From assembly GCA_964399865.1 (NCBI GenBank), contig CAYNRJ010000001.1, positions 266,050 to 330,049 on the forward strand: a stretch of DNA of 64,000 nucleotides. Direction: 5' to 3'. Shown here in pieces: positions 38,431 through 46,184 of the stretch. Source of the DNA: an uncultured Candidatus Saccharibacteria bacterium (GTDB taxonomy: Bacteria > Patescibacteriota > Minisyncoccia > Phycocordibacterales > UBA2100). Each line of letters begins with the position of its first letter. The first letter of the stretch is position 1. The translations under genes and the position numbers were made by a program. The notes under the pieces were generated by a model that made no database searches, was not told the DNA's origin, and saw nothing but the letters and a program-made list of their open reading frames with translations.

Positions 38431-39903
38431 CTAGACGCGCTTTATCTCGTTCGCACGTTCCTTGATATCTATTGGATAGATCCCTGTGAAGCAGGACGTG
38501 CAGAATTGATCTTCTGGGATCCCGGTCGCTCGTATCATGCCATCGTATGAAAGGTACCGGAGCGATGTTGCGCCTAGATATTTTTCTATCTCCTCTACGG
38601 ACTGGTTCGCAGCGATGAGGTCCTTCTGCCTTGGAGTATCAATTCCATAGAAGTCTGGATATTTAACCGGCGGGGACGCAACGAGGAAGTGCACCTCTCT
38701 CGCTCCCGCATCAAAAAGCATTTTAACGATCTGTCGAGAAGTCGTACCTCGGACGATCGAATCATCGAAAACGATCACTCTTTTCCCATTAATGACTTCT
38801 GGGAGGGCAGAGAGCTTTGCATGTACACCCTGCTCTCGCACGTGCTGCTCAGGAGTAATGAATGTGCGGTGGATGTAGCGATTCTTTGTGAGTCCCATTT
38901 CAAACGGGATACCGAGAGCCTGAGCGTACCCGATAGCAGAAGGAATAGCGGTTTCTGGCACAGGGATGACAACGTCTGCTTCAAGGGGATATTCTTTTGC
39001 GAGCTCAACGCCGAAATTCCGTCGCACTTCGTAGATAGATTTCCCGAGTAGTTTGCTATCAGGACGTGCGAAATAAACGAATTCGAATATATCCAACTTC
39101 GGAGTAGGTGGCGCGACCTGTTCACTCTTCACTCCACTTTCGTCAATGACGATCATCTCGCCCGCATTAATTTCTCGAATGAATTCCGCACCGATCGGCG
39201 AAAACGCACAGGTTTCCGATGCGACAACGTATCCCCCATTCAATTTAGCGAGTGCGAGTGGCCGAATACCGTATCTATCGCGAACCGCAACCAGTTTGTT
39301 CTCCGACATTAAGATGAGAGAAAATGCTCCCGTGAAAAGCGGGTACATATTCTTGATCGCTGTAGGGAGATCGACGTTCGTCTCACGCATATGCGCAGCG
39401 ATCGCTTCGACGATCATGCGTGAATCCGAAAATTCTTTCGACGCTATTCCCTGTTTAGTCAGGTATTCGGTGAGTAGATCCCAGGTCGGCAAATTTCCGT
39501 TGTGCGCGAGTGCGATAGCCCCATCGTCTGGACTAGAGCAAAGCGAAACCGAGTCGTTAAGACTCGGGTGTGGATCTTCGTATGAGACTTTGTGGATCGA
39601 AGCTGCGGCTGCTGCGAGCATGGGCTGCGCATGTTTTACATGAGTACCACCTGCAGTTGAATATCGATTATGGCCGACAGCTATATGTCCTTTTAACCCG
39701 CCAATAATTTCATCATTAAAAACCTGAGATACCAGACCCGAGCCTTTGTGAAGCGTGATAGTGCTCCCATCTGCGGTTGCTATACCAGAAGACTCTTGCC
39801 CGCGGTGTTGCAGTGCAAAGAGTCCGAAAAAGGAGAGGCGCGCAACATCGAGGCCCTTGCCGTAAACGCCGAAGACCGCGCATTTTTCCCCAAGGTTGCG
39901 CAT
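38431..39903 (-). CDS. purF: Amidophosphoribosyltransferase
   Basis: EKCAVFG (N-terminal Cys after propeptide), QHRGQESSG, GHNRYST, HNGN, FEFVYFARPDS, DDSIVRGTT, FYGID; start ATG 39903. Confidence 0.95.
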   Translation of the reverse strand: MRNLGEKCAVFGVYGKGLDVARLSFFGLFALQHRGQESSGIATADGSTITLHKGSGLVSQVFNDEIIGGLKGHIAVGHNRYSTAGGTHVKHAQPMLAAAAASIHKVSYEDPHPSLNDSVSLCSSPDDGAIALAHNGNLPTWDLLTEYLTKQGIASKEFSDSRMIVEAIAAHMRETNVDLPTAIKNMYPLFTGAFSLILMSENKLVAVRDRYGIRPLALAKLNGGYVVASETCAFSPIGAEFIREINAGEMIVIDESGVKSEQVAPPTPKLDIFEFVYFARPDSKLLGKSIYEVRRNFGVELAKEYPLEADVVIPVPETAIPSAIGYAQALGIPFEMGLTKNRYIHRTFITPEQHVREQGVHAKLSALPEVINGKRVIVFDDSIVRGTTSRQIVKMLFDAGAREVHFLVASPPVKYPDFYGIDTPRQKDLIAANQSVEEIEKYLGATSLRYLSYDGMIRATGIPEDQFCTSCFTGIYPIDIKERANEIKRV

Positions 39904-39952
39904 GGAAGCAAGCATTGTACCAGATAGCTGCGGGAACGCTAGATAAGGTTTT

Positions 39953-39981
39953 GGGCGCACGCGACAAAGTCGCGTGCGCCC
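39953..39981. terminator. GC-rich hairpin between the GNAT gene and purF
   Basis: GGGCGCACGCGAC-AAA-GTCGCGTGCGCCC 13-bp stem. The T-run is on the plus strand, so the direction is unclear. Confidence 0.5.
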
Positions 39982-39985
39982 TTTT

Positions 39986-40489
39986 CTACGACCGACGGAT
40001 GAAGAGCCAGCGCTCGCCGTCCTTCGGCATGGGAAGCGCTTCGAGCAAAGCGGTTCGTGGCAATCGTTCGCCGAGGTCCACGACCGCGCTCCAGTCGTGC
40101 ACATCGGGCATTGTTGCCAAGGTGACGGGACGAAACCCTAGGATGCCAGCGGTACGCATCACCGGAAACGCGTCAGTGATGAGGAAGAGACCTTTGCCCT
40201 GAGGCGCTTTCGCCACGAGCTCAGTCATGAGATCGAACTGTACGCCATTCCCGCGTAGCTCAGGCGTCACCCAGACCGTCCCCAACTCGTACCAGCCATC
40301 GACTGCGGTGCGCCAAAGCGCAGCATACCCTTGGACGAAACGCAGACTCGCCACAGGCGAATCGATCTGCCGCACCACCGCGCGCCCAGCGTAGAAACGC
40401 TTCGAAAGCTTTCTCGCCGTTGTCCGGGCAGAGAAATACTTCCCCTCCGCTCGAATCTGCTCAGAAAGAACAATCCACCTATCCTGCAT
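39986..40489 (-). CDS. GNAT acetyltransferase, ArgA (N-acetylglutamate synthase)-like
   Basis: GYAAL...YELGTVWVTPELRGNG...LFLIT...GFRPV follows the ArgA GNAT-domain pattern; GAGGAGG SD before ATG 40489. Confidence 0.7.
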   Translation of the reverse strand: MQDRWIVLSEQIRAEGKYFSARTTARKLSKRFYAGRAVVRQIDSPVASLRFVQGYAALWRTAVDGWYELGTVWVTPELRGNGVQFDLMTELVAKAPQGKGLFLITDAFPVMRTAGILGFRPVTLATMPDVHDWSAVVDLGERLPRTALLEALPMPKDGERWLFIRRS

Positions 40490-40512
40490 TCGAATGACCT
40501 CCTCATGAATGC

Positions 40513-40623
40513 AAAGCGGCCTCCGATTGAGGCCGCTTTGGAAATTTTGTAGAGACAAAAACTCTAAACGACCTCAATCATTGAGACCGTACGGCGGCAA
40601 TTCATTGTAGATTTCGCGCTCAT
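40513..40623 (-). promoter_or_regulatory. Putative Arg leader-peptide attenuator
   Basis: Leader ORF 40564-40623 MSAKSTMNCRRTVSMIEVV; hairpin GCGGCCTC/GAGGCCGC-TTT; alternative 14-bp pairing with the leader 3' end. Confidence 0.55.
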
Positions 40624-40664
40624 GTATTTCTTTTATACCATAGCCCCATATTCGTGCAATAAGA

Positions 40665-40695
40665 ATGCGGGCGCGCCACGAGGGCGCGCCCGCAT
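40665..40695 (-). terminator. Terminator after hisG
   Basis: ATGCGGGCGCGCC/GGCGCGCCCGCAT stem followed by TCTTATT on the minus strand. Confidence 0.6.
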
Positions 40696-40708
40696 GCAGC
40701 TTGCGACA

Positions 40709-41596
40709 TTACAAGGTCGCGATGACAGCCGATATCGGGCTCACGAGGAACCCCTCCGCACCGGAGGCTGCGCAAACAACGATGAGGTGATTCGCGCTCG
40801 TGGCAGGAACGACAGCGCTCACCGAATGGAACGGCGGCGTCCCAGAAAGCGAAGTCACGGTCGGATTGCGCATCGCAGGGAGAAGCTTCAGGACATCTCC
40901 GAGGCGAGTATCGGGCACGTTCATCGTGAGAAGTACCTTACCCCGTGCCTCGACGACACCCCGTAAGATTGCCGCGAGAGCGCTGACCTTCGCCGCAGTC
41001 TCTCTGTCCTTCAGCACCTTTCTATTCGCGATGAGGACGACGCTCGATTCCAGGATTGAATCGATGGCGCGCAAACGATTCGCACGAAGAGATGTCCCCG
41101 TTTCCGTCAGGCACACGCCGTACGGATAGATGTCGGGGATTTCGGCCTCGACGGAGCCCACAGACGAGACCACCGTGACGTTCTTGCCGCGCTCCGTGAA
41201 GAACGCTCTCGTTAGCCGCGGATACTCCGACAGGATACTGCTCCCATCCGGGATCGCGCTGGCATCCTTTTCTCGTCCGCTTTCCGGGCCGATGACGACG
41301 ATCCGCGCCTTGGAAGTCGTGCCGCGATTGAATTCGAGATCAGCGCAAACTTCGACGCGCGCGCCCGCTTCTCGCACAGCATCGAGCCCCGTGATCCCGA
41401 CATTGAATTCCCCGCTCTCGACGAGCTTAGGAATGCGAGTGGGCTTCACGAACCTCGCAACGTGCGGCCATGAGACGCCCTCTAAGAGGGCCTCGTTGCT
41501 GCCGGATTGCCTGGACAACATGATCCTGGCTGCCCGTAGATGGTCGACAGACCTCTCCTCGATACTCTTCCCAGACGGCAAAGCAATGGTACCCAT
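40709..41596 (-). CDS. hisG: ATP phosphoribosyltransferase, long form
   Basis: IALPSG, VKPTRIP, GITGLD, SEYP, GSVE, TETGTSLRANRL, C-terminal regulatory domain (LPAMRNPTV...GAEGFLV); GAGGA SD before ATG 41596. Confidence 0.9.
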   Translation of the reverse strand: MGTIALPSGKSIEERSVDHLRAARIMLSRQSGSNEALLEGVSWPHVARFVKPTRIPKLVESGEFNVGITGLDAVREAGARVEVCADLEFNRGTTSKARIVVIGPESGREKDASAIPDGSSILSEYPRLTRAFFTERGKNVTVVSSVGSVEAEIPDIYPYGVCLTETGTSLRANRLRAIDSILESSVVLIANRKVLKDRETAAKVSALAAILRGVVEARGKVLLTMNVPDTRLGDVLKLLPAMRNPTVTSLSGTPPFHSVSAVVPATSANHLIVVCAASGAEGFLVSPISAVIATL

Positions 41597-41642
41597 TACT
41601 GTATTCCTCAAAGATCACGCGCCTGTTATGGGACATGAACGC

Positions 41643-41755
41643 AAAACCCCCTCGCAAGAGGGGGCTAGTTTGATTAGGGAAAAATGGAAATCAACTCAAT
41701 CCTCTCTTGCGACGAGAATTAAGTGGTGATGGATTATGTTGCTTATCTTTTGCAT
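41643..41755 (-). promoter_or_regulatory. His leader-peptide transcription attenuator
   Basis: Leader ORF 41696-41755 MQKISNIIHHHLILVARED; terminator CCCCCTC-TTGC-GAGGGGG-TTTT; antiterminator TCGCAAGAG/CTCTTGCGA. Confidence 0.8.
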
Positions 41756-41774
41756 GTATGTTCTTTGTACCTCT

Positions 41775-42560
41775 TTATATATTTTCTGTCAATTTCAAGA
41801 GTTCGGCGTGTAAGTCTGGGTTTGCTGCAACCATCTCCAAATCCCCCAATTTCCAAGGGTTACCCTTTGTATCGGTCACCTTGCAACCCGATTCAGCAAG
41901 GAGAAGCGAAGTGGGGGCAAAATCCCACACACTTCCCGCAAGCGGTACGTACCAATCCTTGCGCCCGCACGCGGTGTAGCAGGCATTAATCGAGAATGCT
42001 CCGACAGATCTCATTTGAATACGAGACTCATCAGCGTTCGCAAGAATATTGCGCATAAACTTAACCGCCTTTCCTTGAAGCGTGGAGGAACTGCTCCCCG
42101 AAGAATTGTGAAGCGTCTTCTTCTCCGCACAGTGGATTCGCTTTCCGTTTAAAAAAGCTCCTTTACCTTTCTCGGCAAAAAACAATTCGTTCGCGGTCGG
42201 AATGTAGATGGCAGAAAGTATGACCTCATTCTTGTGAATAAGACATACCATCGTACCGAAAAGCGGGATGTGTGCGGCAAAATTCTGAGTGCCATCAATT
42301 GGGTCGATTGCCCAGAGATATCCCGTGTCACCATCTGCATTTGTCTCACCACTCTCTTCGGCGACTATGCTATGTTCTGGATATGTTTTTTTAATTGCGG
42401 AAACAATGATTTCCTCGGAAAGAAAATCTGCTTTTGTGACCGAATCAGAGAGTCGATCTGATTTCATGTATTCCACCCCGACGGTTCCGAAGAGCTCGAG
42501 CACGGCATCGCCCGCCTTCTTTGCGATTTCTTGAATGAATGTATCAGCTCCTTTAGGCAT
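41775..42560 (-). CDS. Inositol monophosphatase family protein (SuhB/HisN-like)
   Basis: VTKAD, AEE, IDPIDGTQNF, WDFA motifs. Confidence 0.9.
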   Translation of the reverse strand: MPKGADTFIQEIAKKAGDAVLELFGTVGVEYMKSDRLSDSVTKADFLSEEIIVSAIKKTYPEHSIVAEESGETNADGDTGYLWAIDPIDGTQNFAAHIPLFGTMVCLIHKNEVILSAIYIPTANELFFAEKGKGAFLNGKRIHCAEKKTLHNSSGSSSSTLQGKAVKFMRNILANADESRIQMRSVGAFSINACYTACGRKDWYVPLAGSVWDFAPTSLLLAESGCKVTDTKGNPWKLGDLEMVAANPDLHAELLKLTENI

Positions 42561-42610
42561 GCCCTATCCTACACAATACTCGTGGAATAAAAAGCGGCAC
42601 ACCTGTACAA

Positions 42611-43066
42611 CTATTTAAGTTCAATGAGCGCCTGGAAATTTCCACGCACTCCTGGTGTCTCTGCGCTCCCCTCATCAAGCTCTCCTTTCTTCACGACAAG
42701 TTCTCCATCCTCGCGAAAGACTCCGATCTCTGTGCCTCCGCCAGCAAACCAGCAGATGACCCCCGAGAGTTCATTGTCTTGTAATTCCCAGCTCGTGCCC
42801 TCGATTACAGAACAATCCCCCTGGTACGTCCCCACAGAATAGGGCGCGCCGTCTGCGCGAAGCGTGACCGCTGTCATCGGAGCGCCTGTGTCTTCTTCAG
42901 TACCCACATTCTGGAAACTCCACGTAAATTGTTCACCGCTTACCTTTGAATTTGCGACATCCTCCGGCGAGTGCTTGGCGATACTATCTTTTGCGGCCAT
43001 ACCAAGCCCTACTATGATCAACGTCAATATAATAAGAATCGCTACCTTTCCGGTTATTCCTGTCAT
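42611..43066 (-). CDS. Membrane-anchored hypothetical protein
   Basis: N-terminal TM helix, two Cys (GDC, CWFAGGG); start after TGATACACT. Confidence 0.65.
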   Translation of the reverse strand: MTGITGKVAILIILTLIIVGLGMAAKDSIAKHSPEDVANSKVSGEQFTWSFQNVGTEEDTGAPMTAVTLRADGAPYSVGTYQGDCSVIEGTSWELQDNELSGVICWFAGGGTEIGVFREDGELVVKKGELDEGSAETPGVRGNFQALIELK

Positions 43067-43092
43067 AGAAAGGCAGTGTATCACCCTCTTTC

Positions 43093-44367
43093 TTACTTCG
43101 AAACACTGCCGCTTAGTCGCTGAAGGGCGACTATATATGCGGCTTCTCTGAGAGAGACTTTGTATTTTTCTGATGCAGCGAACACTTCGTCGGTCGCTGT
43201 TTCCATCAGCGTTTTGAGTTTGGCGAGGACATCTTCCTTCGTCCATTTTTCGTTGTGCATATTCTGATACCACTCAAAATAGGACACGGCGACACCTCCA
43301 CTATTTGCGAGAATGTCTGGAATCACGGTTACTCCTTTTTCGGCGAGCACTTCATCAGCCTCGAGAGTTGTTGGGCCGTTCGCCATCTCAAGCACTATGC
43401 TGGCTTTGATCTTTTCGACATTTTCTTTTGTGATCGTATTTTCAAGCGCTGCTGGAACAACGATGTCGACAGGCAGAGTCAGCACCTCGTCTCCCGTTAT
43501 GTCTCTTCCACCAAGTTTTTCTTTCGCCGCAGCATCGCACACAGACCCGATGCAGTAACAATTTGTGAATTGGCCAGTTTTCTTTTTGCAGGCCTGCATC
43601 ACAGAAATATCCGGAATTCCACCAGGCACATACATGCCGCCTTTTGAATCTGCGACAGCGACGACTTTAAATCCGTGGTCGTGCAAAAAGTTTGCCAGAA
43701 AACTTCCGAGGTTACCGAACCCTTGTATCGCAACTGTCATCCCCTTGGGATCTTTTTTCGCTCTTCGGAGAGCGTTAAGGAGCACGTAGCCGCCTCCATA
43801 TCCTGTTGCGCCTTCGCGGCCTTCGGAACCCTCTTTCTCAACAGGTTTCCCCGTTACTACGGCCGGAGAGTCCTTTCCGACGACTTCGCTATACCCTTCT
43901 CGCATCCAGTTCATGATCACTCCGTTGGTATTCATGTCGGGTCCTGGCACATCGATCGTAGGACCGAGGACTGGTGCGAGCTTTCGTGCAAATTCGAGCG
44001 TGAGTCGCTGCAATTCTCCTTGAGATAGTTTTTCTGGATCGACGATGATACCTCCCTTTCCACCCCCGAACGGAATATTCACAATCGCATTCTTCATTGT
44101 CATCCAGAACGACAGCGCTCTCATTTCGTCCGCTTCAACCGCAGGATGATAGCGAATGCCGCCTTTGTAGGCGCCACGCATATTGTTGTGCTGCACGCGA
44201 AACCCTTGAAAGACTTCCACGTGTCCCCCATCCATTTTTATCGGAATTGAAACTTCGACCACACGATCAGGGTGCTCCAGTCGTGCGAGTAACATTGGAT
44301 CTAATTTTAAATGTTTTGCCGCATCTCGTAATTGTGTTCTTGCTCTGTCCCATGCGTTGTCTTGCAT
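43093..44367 (-). CDS. gdhA: Glu/Leu/Phe/Val dehydrogenase (glutamate dehydrogenase)
   Basis: KGGIRY, MTMK, GGGKGG, GFGNLG, EMANGP, NSGGVAVSYFEW. Confidence 0.9.
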   Translation of the reverse strand: MQDNAWDRARTQLRDAAKHLKLDPMLLARLEHPDRVVEVSIPIKMDGGHVEVFQGFRVQHNNMRGAYKGGIRYHPAVEADEMRALSFWMTMKNAIVNIPFGGGKGGIIVDPEKLSQGELQRLTLEFARKLAPVLGPTIDVPGPDMNTNGVIMNWMREGYSEVVGKDSPAVVTGKPVEKEGSEGREGATGYGGGYVLLNALRRAKKDPKGMTVAIQGFGNLGSFLANFLHDHGFKVVAVADSKGGMYVPGGIPDISVMQACKKKTGQFTNCYCIGSVCDAAAKEKLGGRDITGDEVLTLPVDIVVPAALENTITKENVEKIKASIVLEMANGPTTLEADEVLAEKGVTVIPDILANSGGVAVSYFEWYQNMHNEKWTKEDVLAKLKTLMETATDEVFAASEKYKVSLREAAYIVALQRLSGSVSK

Positions 44368-44452
44368 AATGCCGCCTATTCTACCGTGGAACAGAACCGC
44401 ACGCGATGACCCGTTTCTAACTCCTTTCCCTCCCCGGAAATAATAGCTGCGA

Positions 44453-44579
44453 GGCGGCAGGTATATGCAAAACCTCTGGAGACGCGTCGGCTTGGACGGC
44501 GCAAAGCGCCGCGACGCGTTGAAGCATAAGGACGCTCTCCGCAGGAGAGAGCGTCCGGGTTTCGCATATACCTGCCGCC
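44453..44579. repeat. Structured intergenic element (16-bp terminal inverted repeat enclosing two hairpins)
   Basis: GGCGGCAGGTATATGC / GCATATACCTGCCGCC plus ACGCGTCG/CGACGCGT and GGACGCTCTC/GAGAGCGTCC stems. Confidence 0.8.
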
Positions 44580-44585
44580 GAGCAC

Positions 44586-46133
44586 TTAGCGCATTTCTTC
44601 CGCCTTCTCCCGTATGTACACCATGAACTGATTCGAGAAATTAAGGAGGCGTTTGAATGGTGTCTCAATAATGAAGTCCATGATGAGGACGATCACGTTA
44701 ATTGATGAGAACGAGCGAGACAGCCATCTGCCCACGCGTACGATCGGTATCGCAAGCACACTCGAGAGAAGGAAGAGCGTACTGCCGCTTTCGACAACTT
44801 TCCAGCGCCTGGACTGATAACGAATGCGGAATGCAAAGTACGAGACGAGCGCGAGGAATAGTAGGAAGAGAATGATAGAGACAGGATTGAAATGTAGGAG
44901 TTGTAGGATGCCGATGAGCGCTCCGAATACAAAAACGATGAGTGCAAGATAGATAGTTCCAAATACGAGGGAGAGGCGTGTGTAATTATTACGTACTCGC
45001 ACGTTGCGCACCTTCCCTTCATAAATAACACCGCGGACTCCCTTCACTATCGCAGCGGTATTCGACTCATCGAGCGCACCGACTCTTCGAGTGAGCGCAA
45101 ATAGGAGCGCTGGGTGGAAGAGGATGTTAACTGAGAGTGGGAAATAATTTATGCCGCCAAGAATGATGACCTCATACGGTACTTCGATCGCGAGCGCGAC
45201 CAACATTTTTGTAAGGAACAAATACCCAACTGCTCGAATACCGCTTGATTTGATGCGTTCGTTCTCCTTTTCGTATTTCTTAGCAAGAAAATCCCTCGTG
45301 TGTTCTTCTAATTCGTGAGGCGAGTTAAGAACATGCTCCGCAGACGAACCATGATGCTGAATGACATCGCGGATAATATGGAAATAGATACTTTCATTTT
45401 TTATTTTCTGCGCGAGCTGCCACTGGAGCGGATTATCGACTGACTCACGTATGGTCGCTACGATTCCACCTAGGCGCTGGGCTACATTCTGGACATTCAG
45501 TCCTGGAAGTTTCCACTCGGGGACATATAAAAGCCACAGTGCGTATGACAGTCGCTCATTGTCTGCCGAAAGAAGCGATCGCCATGCAGCGCAGTAAAGT
45601 TGAGAATTAACTCCCTCTATTGAAACACCGGAAACTCCGACGTGTCCCTGCATCGACTTGTAAAATGCCTCGACGGTCGCGTCATCAACTGCGTATTGGA
45701 TCGGAGAAAGTCTCGCGTCGATCTCTGTCGCTGCAAAACTTAAGAGTCGTCGCGCAATGGTGCCACTCGCTCTTGCGGTATCGATAAGTCCGAGGAATTT
45801 CCAAACGATGACATCAATATCGGCACCAAGCTCTTCAGTAGCCTGCTCCTTTTGAAGGTACTGGCCATCTACAAGCTCCTGAAGCAGCGCCATGCCCGCG
45901 TGCATGTCACGTTCTATGAAAATACGTCTCTTGAGAATGCGTTCTATCGCGGAGCGACGGATCGTGTGCTCTTCACGATAATCAACGAGGTATCGAACCT
46001 TCTCATAGAAAGAAGCCGCCTTCCCGATGATTCGGTTAACTTCAAGAGCCTGTTCGCCGACAGGGAGGTCCGCGGCTGCCTTTTCGGCAGCGTCTACTTT
46101 AAGCACGAGTTCCCGTATGGGATCTGTGAGCAT
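44586..46133 (-). CDS. Hypothetical protein, helical N-terminus with several C-terminal TM helices
   Basis: 515-aa ORF; start 6 nt after TAGAAT. Confidence 0.75.
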   Translation of the reverse strand: MLTDPIRELVLKVDAAEKAAADLPVGEQALEVNRIIGKAASFYEKVRYLVDYREEHTIRRSAIERILKRRIFIERDMHAGMALLQELVDGQYLQKEQATEELGADIDVIVWKFLGLIDTARASGTIARRLLSFAATEIDARLSPIQYAVDDATVEAFYKSMQGHVGVSGVSIEGVNSQLYCAAWRSLLSADNERLSYALWLLYVPEWKLPGLNVQNVAQRLGGIVATIRESVDNPLQWQLAQKIKNESIYFHIIRDVIQHHGSSAEHVLNSPHELEEHTRDFLAKKYEKENERIKSSGIRAVGYLFLTKMLVALAIEVPYEVIILGGINYFPLSVNILFHPALLFALTRRVGALDESNTAAIVKGVRGVIYEGKVRNVRVRNNYTRLSLVFGTIYLALIVFVFGALIGILQLLHFNPVSIILFLLFLALVSYFAFRIRYQSRRWKVVESGSTLFLLSSVLAIPIVRVGRWLSRSFSSINVIVLIMDFIIETPFKRLLNFSNQFMVYIREKAEEMR

Positions 46134-46184
46134 TGTGCCATTCTACCGACTTACGAGCCCTTACGCGAGCGTCATAGTCCCCAC

